Shown here: piece after piece, positions 7,666-17,490 of the stretch
Layout: the number at the start of each line of letters is the position of its first letter
Numbering within the stretch: the first letter of the stretch is position 1
Virus record (IMG/VR): IMGVR_UViG_3300032242_000480
Coordinates: 1-62,685 of that record
Length of the DNA stretch: 62,685 nt
Reading direction: 5' to 3' (one strand)
Origin: a virus
Taxonomy: Duplodnaviria; Caudoviricetes
Made by a program: the position numbers and the translations under genes
The notes under the pieces: model-generated
Database searches by the model: none
What the model saw: only the letters and a program-made list of their open reading frames with translations
Told to the model about the DNA's origin: nothing

Positions 7666-7955
7666 AACTTCTACCCGCCATCCTGCTGGCGCTTCCTCTT
7701 GTGTCGCTGGCCGATGTTGACGCAACGTTCACACGGCGCAAAGGTGAAGAAGCGCGTATGGTGATCTGGGTTCGCATGGACAACGATCGGCTGCAACATT
7801 TCTGCGCATTGGCATCTGACAAAACAGGAAACTTTCTTGGCTGCGCCGTACCTGAGCCGTCTGGCCGTTGCACGATCTACACCAGCACAGAAACCACCCA
7901 CGCTGTACTCGGGCATGAGTTGCGGCATTGCTATGAAGGAGCGTTTCACCAATGA
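7662..7955 (+). CDS. Exported protein with HExxH zinc-metallopeptidase-like motif
   Basis: Signal peptide MKLLPAILLALPLVSLA; GHELRHC. Confidence 0.65.
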   Translation: MKLLPAILLALPLVSLADVDATFTRRKGEEARMVIWVRMDNDRLQHFCALASDKTGNFLGCAVPEPSGRCTIYTSTETTHAVLGHELRHCYEGAFHQ

Positions 7956-8185
7956 ACATCATTATCTACACCAAGGCCAACTGCCCCAACTGCGTGGCAG
8001 CCAAGCAACTGCTCAAGTCCAAGGGGCTGGACTACTTTGAATGTAGCGTAGACCTTGAGTCAAACCGCCTTGACTTGCTGACCCGATACCCCGAAGCCAA
8101 GCAACTCCCGCAAATCATCATCGACAAACAGCGTGTCGGTGGCTTGGCCGGGTTGCAGGCTGCGTTTAAACAACTGGGAATATGA
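7952..8185 (+). CDS. Glutaredoxin
   Basis: IYTKANCPNC..AK, LPQI, VGG. Confidence 0.92.
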   Translation: MNIIIYTKANCPNCVAAKQLLKSKGLDYFECSVDLESNRLDLLTRYPEAKQLPQIIIDKQRVGGLAGLQAAFKQLGI

Positions 8186-8186
8186 A

Positions 8187-8387
8187 ATGAACGAAGCAGG
8201 TAAAGGCGACAAGCGCCGCCCAACAGACGAATCCAAATACCAATCAAACTACGACAGCATTTTTCGCAAGGAGAAAAAACATGATGACACAGCCACTACG
8301 AACATCTTGGGCAAAACCGGAGAATCCTTTCACGGGAAAGGTTCCAATGAAGGAAGTTCCGATTCCCAAGGTGGTGATGCCACGTAA
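8187..8387 (+). CDS. Small hypothetical protein
   Basis: GKGDKRRP....Y..NYD.IF N-terminal motif; the 3' part overlaps the next gene. Confidence 0.55.
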   Translation: MNEAGKGDKRRPTDESKYQSNYDSIFRKEKKHDDTATTNILGKTGESFHGKGSNEGSSDSQGGDAT

Positions 8388-8598
8388 AGGCCACACCAAG
8401 TACGACGAGCAATTTGAGAAGCTGCTCACGTTTAAAACAGGCATTGAGTCCACGGAAGATGGATTTGAAATTTTGCGCCGCGCCATGCAACGGTTTGTTG
8501 AGAACCGTGGCATCAAACAAAAGGTGAGCATCCGCCGCCAGATAGACAAGAAAACCCGCATGGTCACACTGTGGCTGGAACCCAAGGAGAAACAATGA
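8281..8598 (+). CDS. Hypothetical protein
   Basis: SD AAGGAG; 105 aa, basic. Confidence 0.7.
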   Translation: MMTQPLRTSWAKPENPFTGKVPMKEVPIPKVVMPRKGHTKYDEQFEKLLTFKTGIESTEDGFEILRRAMQRFVENRGIKQKVSIRRQIDKKTRMVTLWLEPKEKQ

Positions 8599-8882
8599 AC
8601 CTCGACCCACGTAGCCCATTCAACTGGAGACTTGATCCCCGCCCCAGCATCTTTGCAACTGACCCATCCTTCCGCGCAGGTAAGAACGGCAAGAGCATCA
8701 GCGAAACTCAAACCGAGCACATGAACAAACGCCGCGATGAAGGAGAGGCTGTTGGGTACGTGTACGGCCTTGGCAAGGAGAGCAAGGAGAAAGTTGATCG
8801 TATGCTGGCCTACAAGCAGTTTGGCGTTTACTCCCGTGCCCAGCCGGTTAAGAAAGCCAACAAACATGAGGGGAAGGAATGA
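8595..8882 (+). CDS. Hypothetical protein
   Basis: SD AAGGAG; ATGA overlap. Confidence 0.7.
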   Translation: MNLDPRSPFNWRLDPRPSIFATDPSFRAGKNGKSISETQTEHMNKRRDEGEAVGYVYGLGKESKEKVDRMLAYKQFGVYSRAQPVKKANKHEGKE

Positions 8883-9082
8883 AAGACTGCCACAACCGAT
8901 TCTGCGACTTCATCGGCTCCAAGGCTTTTGAATATGATGGCGGTTGGTCATGGGAGGTCTGGCAAGCCGCCTACAAAGCTGGCCTGACTGTTGCCGAGGC
9001 TCGGTTTAAACGGATGGGGGAAATCCCTATGACCGGGAAAGATGTTGCCGCCGACCTCAAGAGGATGCGTGATGAACAGTAA
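8879..9082 (+). CDS. Hypothetical protein
   Basis: ATGA overlap; WEVWQAA motif. Confidence 0.65.
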   Translation: MKDCHNRFCDFIGSKAFEYDGGWSWEVWQAAYKAGLTVAEARFKRMGEIPMTGKDVAADLKRMRDEQ

Positions 9083-9338
9083 GAACCTGACGGCCAAGGA
9101 TCGTAGGCACTTTGCTTTGATCAAGGCCATGTCTTGCGGTGTATGTGGCGCTCCCGGCCCAAGTGATGCACATCACATTGAGCAGGGGCTTCACTTCCTG
9201 TGCATCCCCCTATGCAAGGACTGCCATCAGGGTTCACACAACGGCATCCACGGGCGCAGGTCGATCTGGAATGTTTTGAAGAAGACGGAGCAGTCCGTCC
9301 TCAACGAAACAATCCAGAAGCTCACCGAGTCTCGCTGA
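9072..9338 (+). CDS. Ref/DUF968-like zinc-binding HNH nuclease
   Basis: CGVC...DAHHI...IPLCKDCHQG..GIHG. Confidence 0.75.
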   Translation: MNSKNLTAKDRRHFALIKAMSCGVCGAPGPSDAHHIEQGLHFLCIPLCKDCHQGSHNGIHGRRSIWNVLKKTEQSVLNETIQKLTESR

Positions 9339-12300
9339 TCGCTTTCTTGATCTGCTGAATGTTGGCGGTCAAGTTGTTCTCAGCCTGACCGATGGTTGAC
9401 AGCGCATCCTTCTTCTCGGAGCCAGACATTGGGGAGGATATGATCATCTGCTTCATTTCGCGGAACTGTTTCATGTCCTTCTCCATGTTTCTGACGTAGT
9501 CCTTGAAGGCCAGCGTACCCATGTTTTCACCAAGGTATTTGGCAAACTCATCAGGCTTCATGCTCTTTTCGAGCAGGTTCACCGTCCGCACCACGGTGTC
9601 CACCTCATCCTTGAGCTTGTAGTAGGCGGTGACTGAGCCACGCGCCTCGGGATCGGCCATGAAGCGTTTGATAACTGGCATCTGTTCAAACCGCTTGTTG
9701 GGCTTTGGACTGTCGCCATACAGGCCCATGACGGAATCCATCAGGTCGATCGCATACATGCCCATCGTGCCCGTGTAGCCCTTGATCACATGGTCAACCT
9801 TGAGAGGTGACATGCCCAGCGTCTTGCCGACAAACTCTGCGACAGAGGATGTCCCCGGCCCAACTTGGAACTCGGGCGCAACGTCCTTCATGCCCTGACC
9901 CACAATCTCCCGGCCAGTGAACATGTTGTAGTTCGTCATGGCTTCGACCATAGGTTTAAACACCTGCGGCACGTAACCCACTGGGTTGATTGGCAGCGTA
10001 GAAAGCGTTGCCCGGTACAGTGAGTCACGCAGGTCTTGGCCTGTGTCATTGCCAAAGCTGTAGCGGTAGATGCGCTCAGGGATTGTTTTAAACAGCGTAC
10101 CCACTTCAAACGGGATTGGAATCTTCAGCCGAACGCCGGGGACGATCCAGTTGTTGTCCTTGGTTTCATCCTCTTGGGCTTCGTAGTCTGGATCACCAGC
10201 AACTGCTGCGGCGTACAAGAAGGATGTTGCAAACATCATGGCTGCACGGGCAATGAATCGACGCTGGATCAGCTTGGCATCCGAGGTGTTCATGTTGCCA
10301 GTGGCTGCGCGGTAGAACACATCCAGACCTTGTAAACGAGCGTTCAAGAACGGCACGGCGGCAGTCAGCACACGGATGATGGGAGAACTGCCCTTGCGGT
10401 TGAAGTTCAGGATTTCCCATGCGGCCCGGATGGCTTCAGCCTCATTGCCTGTTTCGCGCATGACACGGTCGTACACAGCAACACGGGTCGCTGCATCAGA
10501 CGCAGTTGTGGCTTTCTCAAGACCATCCCACAGCGATGTAAACGGACGCAGAGCCACCGGCCCTTTGTTGCCTGCTCGCTTGGAAAGTTCCTTGGCGACC
10601 GTGCGGCCAGACTGCTCCACGTTCTCACTGAACTCATAGCCGCCAATCACACCAGCATTCATCAGAGCTTCAAAGCCGGGAGACTTGCGAGCGTAAGCCT
10701 TCCCGAAATTGATGACCGTATCAGAGATAGGTGTGATGTTCTGGCCGCTGGTTGCGTAGGCCGACAGCGAGTCACGAACCAAGTTGGCAAGGATGAAGCC
10801 GGGATCGCGTGTCACAGCCTCACGCAGCAGGTTGGATGGCCCAGACAGCAAGCCCATGAACGGGATGTCAGGCATGTGCAGACTCTTTACCGCATCAACG
10901 AACAGCGGATCATCAGACTGATACTCCTTCATCACACCGTTTTCAAGCACCTTGATTTTCTCAAGATCGCTGACGGTCTTGCCGGGTTGAATGTCGTGAA
11001 CCACGCCAGCCTGTTTACCCACATCGCGGGCACGTTGGGCTGCGATGTTCTTCATGCCAGCGGCAATGGCTGACTGGCTGTTACGCACGACAGTTTCGAG
11101 GAAGTCCGCCAGCGGAGCCTCACCACCCTTCAATGCTTTGGGCTTCTTGACCCCAGAAATGGATTGGTAGATGTTCGGCCCCATCGTCTTCTCGCCGTCA
11201 AGCTGACGGAAGAATGGGATGTAGTCGTAGTACTTGGTGTACTCCTGTGCATCACGTTCAGACAGAACGCCAGCCGCCTTTTGGTAGGCAATCAGGTGGT
11301 TGTTGTACTCAACCCAGTCCTTGCGAATCTGCTCAAACTCAGGGAACTTCTGAGCCAACTCTTGTGCAAACGCAACATCACCCGGCTGGATCAGGCGCTC
11401 ACGGCCTTCAGAATACAAACGGGCACCGCGTTTAACCGCAGAGTAGAACTGAAAGTAACGGTAGGCTTTGGGGTCGCTGTACTTTGCCAAGGGTTGCAGG
11501 ATTTCCAGCAAACCTTTTTTGCTGTCATCGATTGTGGTCAAGCCATTCTTGATGACGGGCACACCGCCGCTGCGGCCACCGATACCAAAGGCAGACGCAG
11601 TCACACCAGCATGCATGTCAGACATCAGAGCGGCATGTTCTGCGCTGTTCTCAGCCATCATGGTGACGCCGCCCATCTTCTTGGCTGCTTCCTTGTCGGC
11701 CACGCTCAGTTCGTTGTAGCGGTTCAAGAACTGCTGGCGGTACATGCTGTAGTTCTCAGGCTTGAGGGCGCTCATCATGCGGTCAAAGAAGCCCTTCTCC
11801 TCGCGCACAGTGGTGGTCTCATTGATCCGGTTCTCAGCGCCAGCAGAAATCTGTGGCAAGCTGTAACGGACATCTTTAACTTCTCGGTTAAACGCACCCT
11901 CATTCCCGGTTGCAGACTTCAACTGGTAGGAGTTGTAAACAGCGTAGTTCTTCTTGCCAGCTTTGTTTTCACGGACGGCAAAGCCATCAAAGCCGTTCTT
12001 GCGAATGGCTTCTTGAACAAAGTCCTGCTCAATGGTCGCAAAGTAACCCTCCTCAATTGCACCCTTGAGGCGATTGAGGAATTGGTTGATGTTGACGCCG
12101 TTGGCTTCTTTCTTGGCAATGACCTTGCTGTTGTTGACGATCCATTGATACAGGCCATTCACATGGTCAGGGTTCTGGTAGTCAAAGATGTTGAGGCCGC
12201 TGGCGTACAGGGGCATGATCCTGATCTTCGCTGGAGACAGGGCATTGATTTCATCGTAGACAAGCTGCTCCAGATCGCCGCCAAAGAATGAGCCGTATTT

Positions 12301-15300
12301 GGGGTCTCTGCGTTCAACCTTGCGGATGATGTCTTTGGCTTCTTCTTTGGTGATGCTGCCCTGCTCAACGGCCTTGTCTGTGGCGCGTTGGAACATGGCG
12401 ACCTTCTCTTCTTTGCGCAGGGCGGCGTAAGCCATCTTGCGGCTGCGGTCTTCATCTTCGCTGGCAAAGCCTTCAGCCTCTTCTGGACTTTCCGAAATGA
12501 AAATGGCTTGAGCCTCCCCGGCAGGAGTGAACTCATAGAACTCACGGGATGTGCCGTGGTACATCACCTTTGGTGTGCCGTCAGGATTGACGAACTGCGT
12601 CTGGCGGATGAACTTCTTGAACTCCGGTGTGTCGGGCGTACCAGCTTCTTTGACCGCAGCTTTGGCTTCTCGGACGCTGTCAAAGCTGACCCGTTTGAGA
12701 CTTTGCTTGCCACCCTTCTCGGCCAACTCACTGACTGTGCCAAGATAGTTGACGGGCGCGTTGTGGTTCAGGACGACCATCATGCCCATAGAGGGCACTG
12801 CGTAGCCATCGTAACCAGCGTCAATCACTTCGGTTTCAAAGTTGTTTGAGTCACCCTGAGCGCGTGTAAACAACTTGCTCATCTCTGGGCCGGGGCCAAG
12901 GATGTTGTCAAACTGCTGGCTGTAAACGTACTGGCCTAAGCCCGCCTCACGCAGCGGCATTGTGCCATCTTCCTTGGGCACGTAGAAGTAAACACGGTTC
13001 TTGATGCGCTCATCAAACGCATCTTCTAAGCGGCGGCGTTCAGCGCCACGGATGCCTGTGCCGTACTTGCTGCCAGAAAGCTCTTGTACTTTTGCAGTGC
13101 CGTAGTGGGTGCCTGTGAAGGTGGAGGCGTTGGGCTGCTTTGTGCCCAGCGTTACGCCACCCTTGGCTGGCTCCTGCATGTCTCCAGCGCGGCCTTCATT
13201 CCATGTCCACTCAGGCATCAGGCCAGCCTTCTGGTCTGCAAACACGGTGTCTTCCGCTTTGGCTGATTTGTTCTTCTGCCCCTCTGGGCCAAAGTTCACC
13301 CAACTGTTTTGACCTCTTGTCTCAGAAGTCAAAGCGCCAATTGCTGGGCCTGTAAACAGCCTTGCATGAGCCTGCCATGCATTTTCTTCCCCACGGGCAC
13401 GAAAGCCTGCGCCCTCAATTCCATGACCAAATGCGTCATGAACAGCCCTGAACAAGTCGTTTGCCAACACTGGTGCAAGGGGGCCGTTTGGCCCGCCGAT
13501 GGGCCACTCAATGTTGGTTTTTTCCAGAAGCGGGTTTGCCTCTGGGCTGAAGTTTTCTTCGCTTCCAAAGCCCTCGTTTGTTGGGTACACGCCCATCTCT
13601 TTGTTGGCGCGAATATCCCGCATCGCATTCCAAGGCGATGACAAATATTCAAGGTTGCTTTCGTTGCTGGTGTCGATGAACCAGAATTTGTACCCGGCAT
13701 CTTCTAAGGCGCGGTACTGATCTTCCGTCTGCCTGATCAGGTCTTGATACGCAGCTTTGACCTTGGGGTCTTGCGGAGCATGCTCCATCGCGGCGTACTC
13801 ATCGGCAAGTCGCCGTGCGCGATCCTCATCCACATCAACGTAAGACGCCTGACGCTTTAGAGAGATGCCTTTTTGGGCTGCATATTTTTCTGCGACCGCA
13901 ACAATTCTTGGGTCTGGGCCATGAAAGCCTTCGACTGATGGCGCATCCGCAAGAGGCGTAATTGTCCGTCCCTCTTCTCGTCCGCCTCGTTCTCCAAGCG
14001 AGAGCTTGGCTTGTTTGCCTCTTGTGCCGGGTCTTTCGGCAGGTTGTTCAGATCGAGTGGTTGGTTCATTCTTTTCTCCTTTTGATTTCAACCCGCTTGG
14101 AGTTGCCTTAGCAACAGGGCTGACACCCTTCTCACCGCCTCGACCTCCTCGGGATTCCGCATATTTTGCGGCTCCGTCACTGAATCCGTAGGATGGGGAG
14201 AAGACTCCCATTTTGGTGAAGAGTTGCTGCTCGTAGAACCAAAGGAGGGATTGGACTTGGTACGGCTTGATTCCTGCATTTTTTGCTACCTCATTGACAA
14301 GTGCTTTGACCGCTTTGCGTTGCGGCTCGGTAGGTGCATCGATGATCTTTCCATCGGCATCAGTCATTGTGCCAAAGTATCGATTGAACGTTCGGGTCAT
14401 CCACTTGTCAACAGTGACATCGTGAATGCCGTTCAGGTTTGAAACAAACGGGCCAACCTTCGGGCCAAAGGCGTAAAGCCCCGGCACGGTGTCGGTCAAC
14501 TTGCCGCCAATACCGGATTTGATATTACCGTACTTCTGACGGAAATCGTTGATTTCCTTGACCGAGTGATCGGTGAACAACCACTCAAGGGCTTTCTTCT
14601 GACCCATGTCCTTGACCATGCGATCAAGGAACTCAAGTTGAATTTTCTTGTTGGGTGACTGAGTGCCACCCTGCCACAGACCGCCGGTCTCCGGATTGTT
14701 TCCGGGGATGTCTTTGGTTGCAACGTAGTGCTCGTATGCCTTGGCGGCAATGTTCCAGTTGTCGCGGGCGTTGGTCTGCGGCGACATGATCCCGGCCATG
14801 ACGCTGAAGAGCAGACGGTTATCTGTTTTGCCAAGCTCGGGCAAAAACTTTCTGGTTTGTTTAAACGCTTCCTTGATGTCCTCTTCGTACCAGTCAAGGC
14901 CGGACTTCTCTTGGGCCAGTTGGTGCTTGACCTCTTCGGTCGCAGCCTTGACCGCATTGTCAAAACTCTGGCTGTCGTTGTAAGACAGCTTGGAGCCGCT
15001 GCGCTCTTTGACTTGGTCATCAAAGTATTTGCCAATTAGATCAACCGTGGGCTTGAGCTTGGCTGGCTTGGTCTCACCCTCCTTCAGGGGGGCTTCAAAT
15101 TTTGGAACCTCTTCTCCGCGCACGATTGGGAGGCTCAATTTCTCAGCGCCCGCAAGTTTGGCGGTGGATGGCTTCAGTTCCCCACGTTCGATCTTACCAA
15201 ACACACTCTCTGCGGTCTGGAAGCCTGCGCCCGTGAAGCCATTCTTCAATGCCTCAAAGAACTTCTTGAGCTTGGCATGGAGGGACGCAAGCATGCCGGG

Positions 15301-17472
15301 AGGGGCATTCTTGATGTCAAAGGAGCCGAACGCATCAGCGATGGCTTCCTCAATGATTTCATCTTCAGTCAAGCCCAGTTTGCGGTAACCCTCAAGGCGG
15401 CTCATCCGCTGGCCGTCAATCTCAGTCTGCTGAGAGCCGAGGTATTCGTTGACCCATTTGTTCTTCGCCATGTTCTGAAGAACAGACCATTGCTGCGGCG
15501 TGAAGAAGCCCAAGTCTTTCAGGGCATGCACCGACTCATGGCGCATCGTCTGAACGGGGTTTGGCTCATCCAGTGCAATGCTCACAAGGCGGTTCAGGTA
15601 CTTACCCCCTGCACCGTTCTCAAGTTGCTTGACAATCTCAAGGCCAACATTGCTCAGGCCAAACTGCTGCATCTTGGTTTCAAGGGTTGCCTTGAGAGCC
15701 GCGATCTGGTCGGCGTTAAATGTTTGTTGCTGCTGCTGTTCTTGATGCTGTGTAAACACCTCTGGGCCGACGGCTTCGCGCACCACATTCTCCGCCTCCT
15801 GCATGGAGGGGAATGTGCCGATGGGTTGGCCGTCCTTGGTCAGGGTGAACTGCTGCTGGGTCTGCGTCTGGACTTCTCCGGGCATATGAACCAAGTTGCG
15901 GCTCAGGTACTCGTTCCTGTCCATCAGTTCTTTGATCTGCTGGGAGGCTACATCCTTGTCCTGCTCAACCTTCTGGCGGGCAGCGGTGTACTCTGGGGTG
16001 TTGGCTTGGCCTGTGGCCTCCATCACCTCAATGGCCTGTTCCTGCTTCTTGATGCCTTCGTTGATTTTCTCAACCTGCTCAAGAGTTTTGGCGGCTTCCT
16101 GCTTGCGGATTTCGTTTAAACGCTCAATCTTCGGCCCGACTTCTTCGGCAGCCTGCACAGTAGCCAAAGGTGCTGTACCACCTTCTTCCATGATGTGGTG
16201 CTCGACGGGGGCTTCAAACTGGCCGACATTCTCAGCGATGACCTGATGGCCTCCGGGCAAGTCGTAGGTTTCTGGAGGAGCCTCGGCTGGAGCCTCTGGG
16301 GCATTGGCTGTGGCCGCTGCAAGTTCCTTGTCAAACTCAATCTGTTCTTTTTGCTGGCGCAGGTATTGGTCAAGGTTGTAGTCGCTGCGCATCTCCGACA
16401 TCTTGACCGGTGTAAACGCACCGCCGGTCAGGGCACCAACCGCTGCATCACGCAGGGCAGAGCCAAGAACACCTTGAGTGACATCACCCTCGAGCAAGCC
16501 TTCACGCTGCATTGCAAGGTTCTGCGCATACTGACCAAAGCCACCCTGAAGACCTTCAAGGGGAGCTTCACCAACAATTGAACGCAGGGCTGCACCGCCG
16601 AGCGATGGGGCTGTGACAGCCTTCTCGGGCAGTTCCTTGATGCCAGCCTCAACGGCTTCTTTGCTCAGTTTGCCCTTGCCAGCTTTTTGGATGGCTTTGC
16701 GGACGCCACCCTCAATGCCTGTAAACGCATCAAGAGCACCGAGGAGACCGCTTCCGCCAATCTCCAAGGCTTTGTCCATTGAGTATTCCTGCGCCTGAAT
16801 AGCAAGGCGCTCGGCTTCCTCTGGCTTGTAGCCTTTTTCAAGGTAAGCCTTCTTGACCTCATCATGGACGCTGCCTTTGTACTCGCCAACGCCTTGGGCT
16901 GTACCCATAGCGATCTGGCCCAGACGGACAACACCCAGCGCCAAAGCGCCTTCAGGCGCAGCAAACACAGTGGCAAGACTTGCAGCCAGTGTGGGGGCAG
17001 ACGTACCAAGGGCTTGGGCAACGGATTGAATGGGAGCTTCAGCCACACCGCCAAGGAACGTTTTGGCTTCTTGCAGGAAGCTACCGGACGCAGTAGCCCG
17101 CTTCTCCAGTTCCTGACGGCGGGCCATCTCAGCCTGACGCTCAGGAGAGATGCCAGCCTGAACCTCTTGAGCCTTCTGGCCCAAGTAATTGGAGGCGTCA
17201 TTACCAGCGCCAAAGACATCGGCAACTGTCTTGGCTCCGCCAATCAGGCCAACGCCGAGCGAACGGCCAATGTCACCAATGGATGTGGGTGCGGATGGAG
17301 CACTCTCCAACTCCGCCGTGGACATCTTGGAATAGTCAGTTGGCCCAGCCCCCAGTTGAGGCTGTTGCATTTGACTTTGAACAAACCGAAAGATTTGACT
17401 GTCTGTTGCGCCTTCTGGTGCATCAACTGAGTAAATCTTGCCATCAGGAGCTTGTACTTTATGGATTGGCAT
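9322..17472 (-). CDS. Giant polyvalent virion/ejection protein (2716 aa)
   Basis: HESVH metallopeptidase motif, HhH-glycosylase-like VTVDKWM region, FRAVHDAFGH domain, two ART-like segments (HYGT..GYDGY; YHGT..GFDG..QLKS) and an LPD38-like C-terminus (IPIPFEVG, NYNMFTGREIV). Confidence 0.85.
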   Translation of the reverse strand: MPIHKVQAPDGKIYSVDAPEGATDSQIFRFVQSQMQQPQLGAGPTDYSKMSTAELESAPSAPTSIGDIGRSLGVGLIGGAKTVADVFGAGNDASNYLGQKAQEVQAGISPERQAEMARRQELEKRATASGSFLQEAKTFLGGVAEAPIQSVAQALGTSAPTLAASLATVFAAPEGALALGVVRLGQIAMGTAQGVGEYKGSVHDEVKKAYLEKGYKPEEAERLAIQAQEYSMDKALEIGGSGLLGALDAFTGIEGGVRKAIQKAGKGKLSKEAVEAGIKELPEKAVTAPSLGGAALRSIVGEAPLEGLQGGFGQYAQNLAMQREGLLEGDVTQGVLGSALRDAAVGALTGGAFTPVKMSEMRSDYNLDQYLRQQKEQIEFDKELAAATANAPEAPAEAPPETYDLPGGHQVIAENVGQFEAPVEHHIMEEGGTAPLATVQAAEEVGPKIERLNEIRKQEAAKTLEQVEKINEGIKKQEQAIEVMEATGQANTPEYTAARQKVEQDKDVASQQIKELMDRNEYLSRNLVHMPGEVQTQTQQQFTLTKDGQPIGTFPSMQEAENVVREAVGPEVFTQHQEQQQQQTFNADQIAALKATLETKMQQFGLSNVGLEIVKQLENGAGGKYLNRLVSIALDEPNPVQTMRHESVHALKDLGFFTPQQWSVLQNMAKNKWVNEYLGSQQTEIDGQRMSRLEGYRKLGLTEDEIIEEAIADAFGSFDIKNAPPGMLASLHAKLKKFFEALKNGFTGAGFQTAESVFGKIERGELKPSTAKLAGAEKLSLPIVRGEEVPKFEAPLKEGETKPAKLKPTVDLIGKYFDDQVKERSGSKLSYNDSQSFDNAVKAATEEVKHQLAQEKSGLDWYEEDIKEAFKQTRKFLPELGKTDNRLLFSVMAGIMSPQTNARDNWNIAAKAYEHYVATKDIPGNNPETGGLWQGGTQSPNKKIQLEFLDRMVKDMGQKKALEWLFTDHSVKEINDFRQKYGNIKSGIGGKLTDTVPGLYAFGPKVGPFVSNLNGIHDVTVDKWMTRTFNRYFGTMTDADGKIIDAPTEPQRKAVKALVNEVAKNAGIKPYQVQSLLWFYEQQLFTKMGVFSPSYGFSDGAAKYAESRGGRGGEKGVSPVAKATPSGLKSKGEKNEPTTRSEQPAERPGTRGKQAKLSLGERGGREEGRTITPLADAPSVEGFHGPDPRIVAVAEKYAAQKGISLKRQASYVDVDEDRARRLADEYAAMEHAPQDPKVKAAYQDLIRQTEDQYRALEDAGYKFWFIDTSNESNLEYLSSPWNAMRDIRANKEMGVYPTNEGFGSEENFSPEANPLLEKTNIEWPIGGPNGPLAPVLANDLFRAVHDAFGHGIEGAGFRARGEENAWQAHARLFTGPAIGALTSETRGQNSWVNFGPEGQKNKSAKAEDTVFADQKAGLMPEWTWNEGRAGDMQEPAKGGVTLGTKQPNASTFTGTHYGTAKVQELSGSKYGTGIRGAERRRLEDAFDERIKNRVYFYVPKEDGTMPLREAGLGQYVYSQQFDNILGPGPEMSKLFTRAQGDSNNFETEVIDAGYDGYAVPSMGMMVVLNHNAPVNYLGTVSELAEKGGKQSLKRVSFDSVREAKAAVKEAGTPDTPEFKKFIRQTQFVNPDGTPKVMYHGTSREFYEFTPAGEAQAIFISESPEEAEGFASEDEDRSRKMAYAALRKEEKVAMFQRATDKAVEQGSITKEEAKDIIRKVERRDPKYGSFFGGDLEQLVYDEINALSPAKIRIMPLYASGLNIFDYQNPDHVNGLYQWIVNNSKVIAKKEANGVNINQFLNRLKGAIEEGYFATIEQDFVQEAIRKNGFDGFAVRENKAGKKNYAVYNSYQLKSATGNEGAFNREVKDVRYSLPQISAGAENRINETTTVREEKGFFDRMMSALKPENYSMYRQQFLNRYNELSVADKEAAKKMGGVTMMAENSAEHAALMSDMHAGVTASAFGIGGRSGGVPVIKNGLTTIDDSKKGLLEILQPLAKYSDPKAYRYFQFYSAVKRGARLYSEGRERLIQPGDVAFAQELAQKFPEFEQIRKDWVEYNNHLIAYQKAAGVLSERDAQEYTKYYDYIPFFRQLDGEKTMGPNIYQSISGVKKPKALKGGEAPLADFLETVVRNSQSAIAAGMKNIAAQRARDVGKQAGVVHDIQPGKTVSDLEKIKVLENGVMKEYQSDDPLFVDAVKSLHMPDIPFMGLLSGPSNLLREAVTRDPGFILANLVRDSLSAYATSGQNITPISDTVINFGKAYARKSPGFEALMNAGVIGGYEFSENVEQSGRTVAKELSKRAGNKGPVALRPFTSLWDGLEKATTASDAATRVAVYDRVMRETGNEAEAIRAAWEILNFNRKGSSPIIRVLTAAVPFLNARLQGLDVFYRAATGNMNTSDAKLIQRRFIARAAMMFATSFLYAAAVAGDPDYEAQEDETKDNNWIVPGVRLKIPIPFEVGTLFKTIPERIYRYSFGNDTGQDLRDSLYRATLSTLPINPVGYVPQVFKPMVEAMTNYNMFTGREIVGQGMKDVAPEFQVGPGTSSVAEFVGKTLGMSPLKVDHVIKGYTGTMGMYAIDLMDSVMGLYGDSPKPNKRFEQMPVIKRFMADPEARGSVTAYYKLKDEVDTVVRTVNLLEKSMKPDEFAKYLGENMGTLAFKDYVRNMEKDMKQFREMKQMIISSPMSGSEKKDALSTIGQAENNLTANIQQIKKAISETR

Positions 17473-17490
17473 TGGTTTGTTCCAAAGTAT

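Noticed and set aside
11164-12291. Long + strand ORFs opposite structural genes (also 15277-16119, 19471-20688, 47865-48776, 49128-50321)
   Set aside because: These are antisense shadows of strongly codon-biased genes, with no RBS or recognisable motifs.
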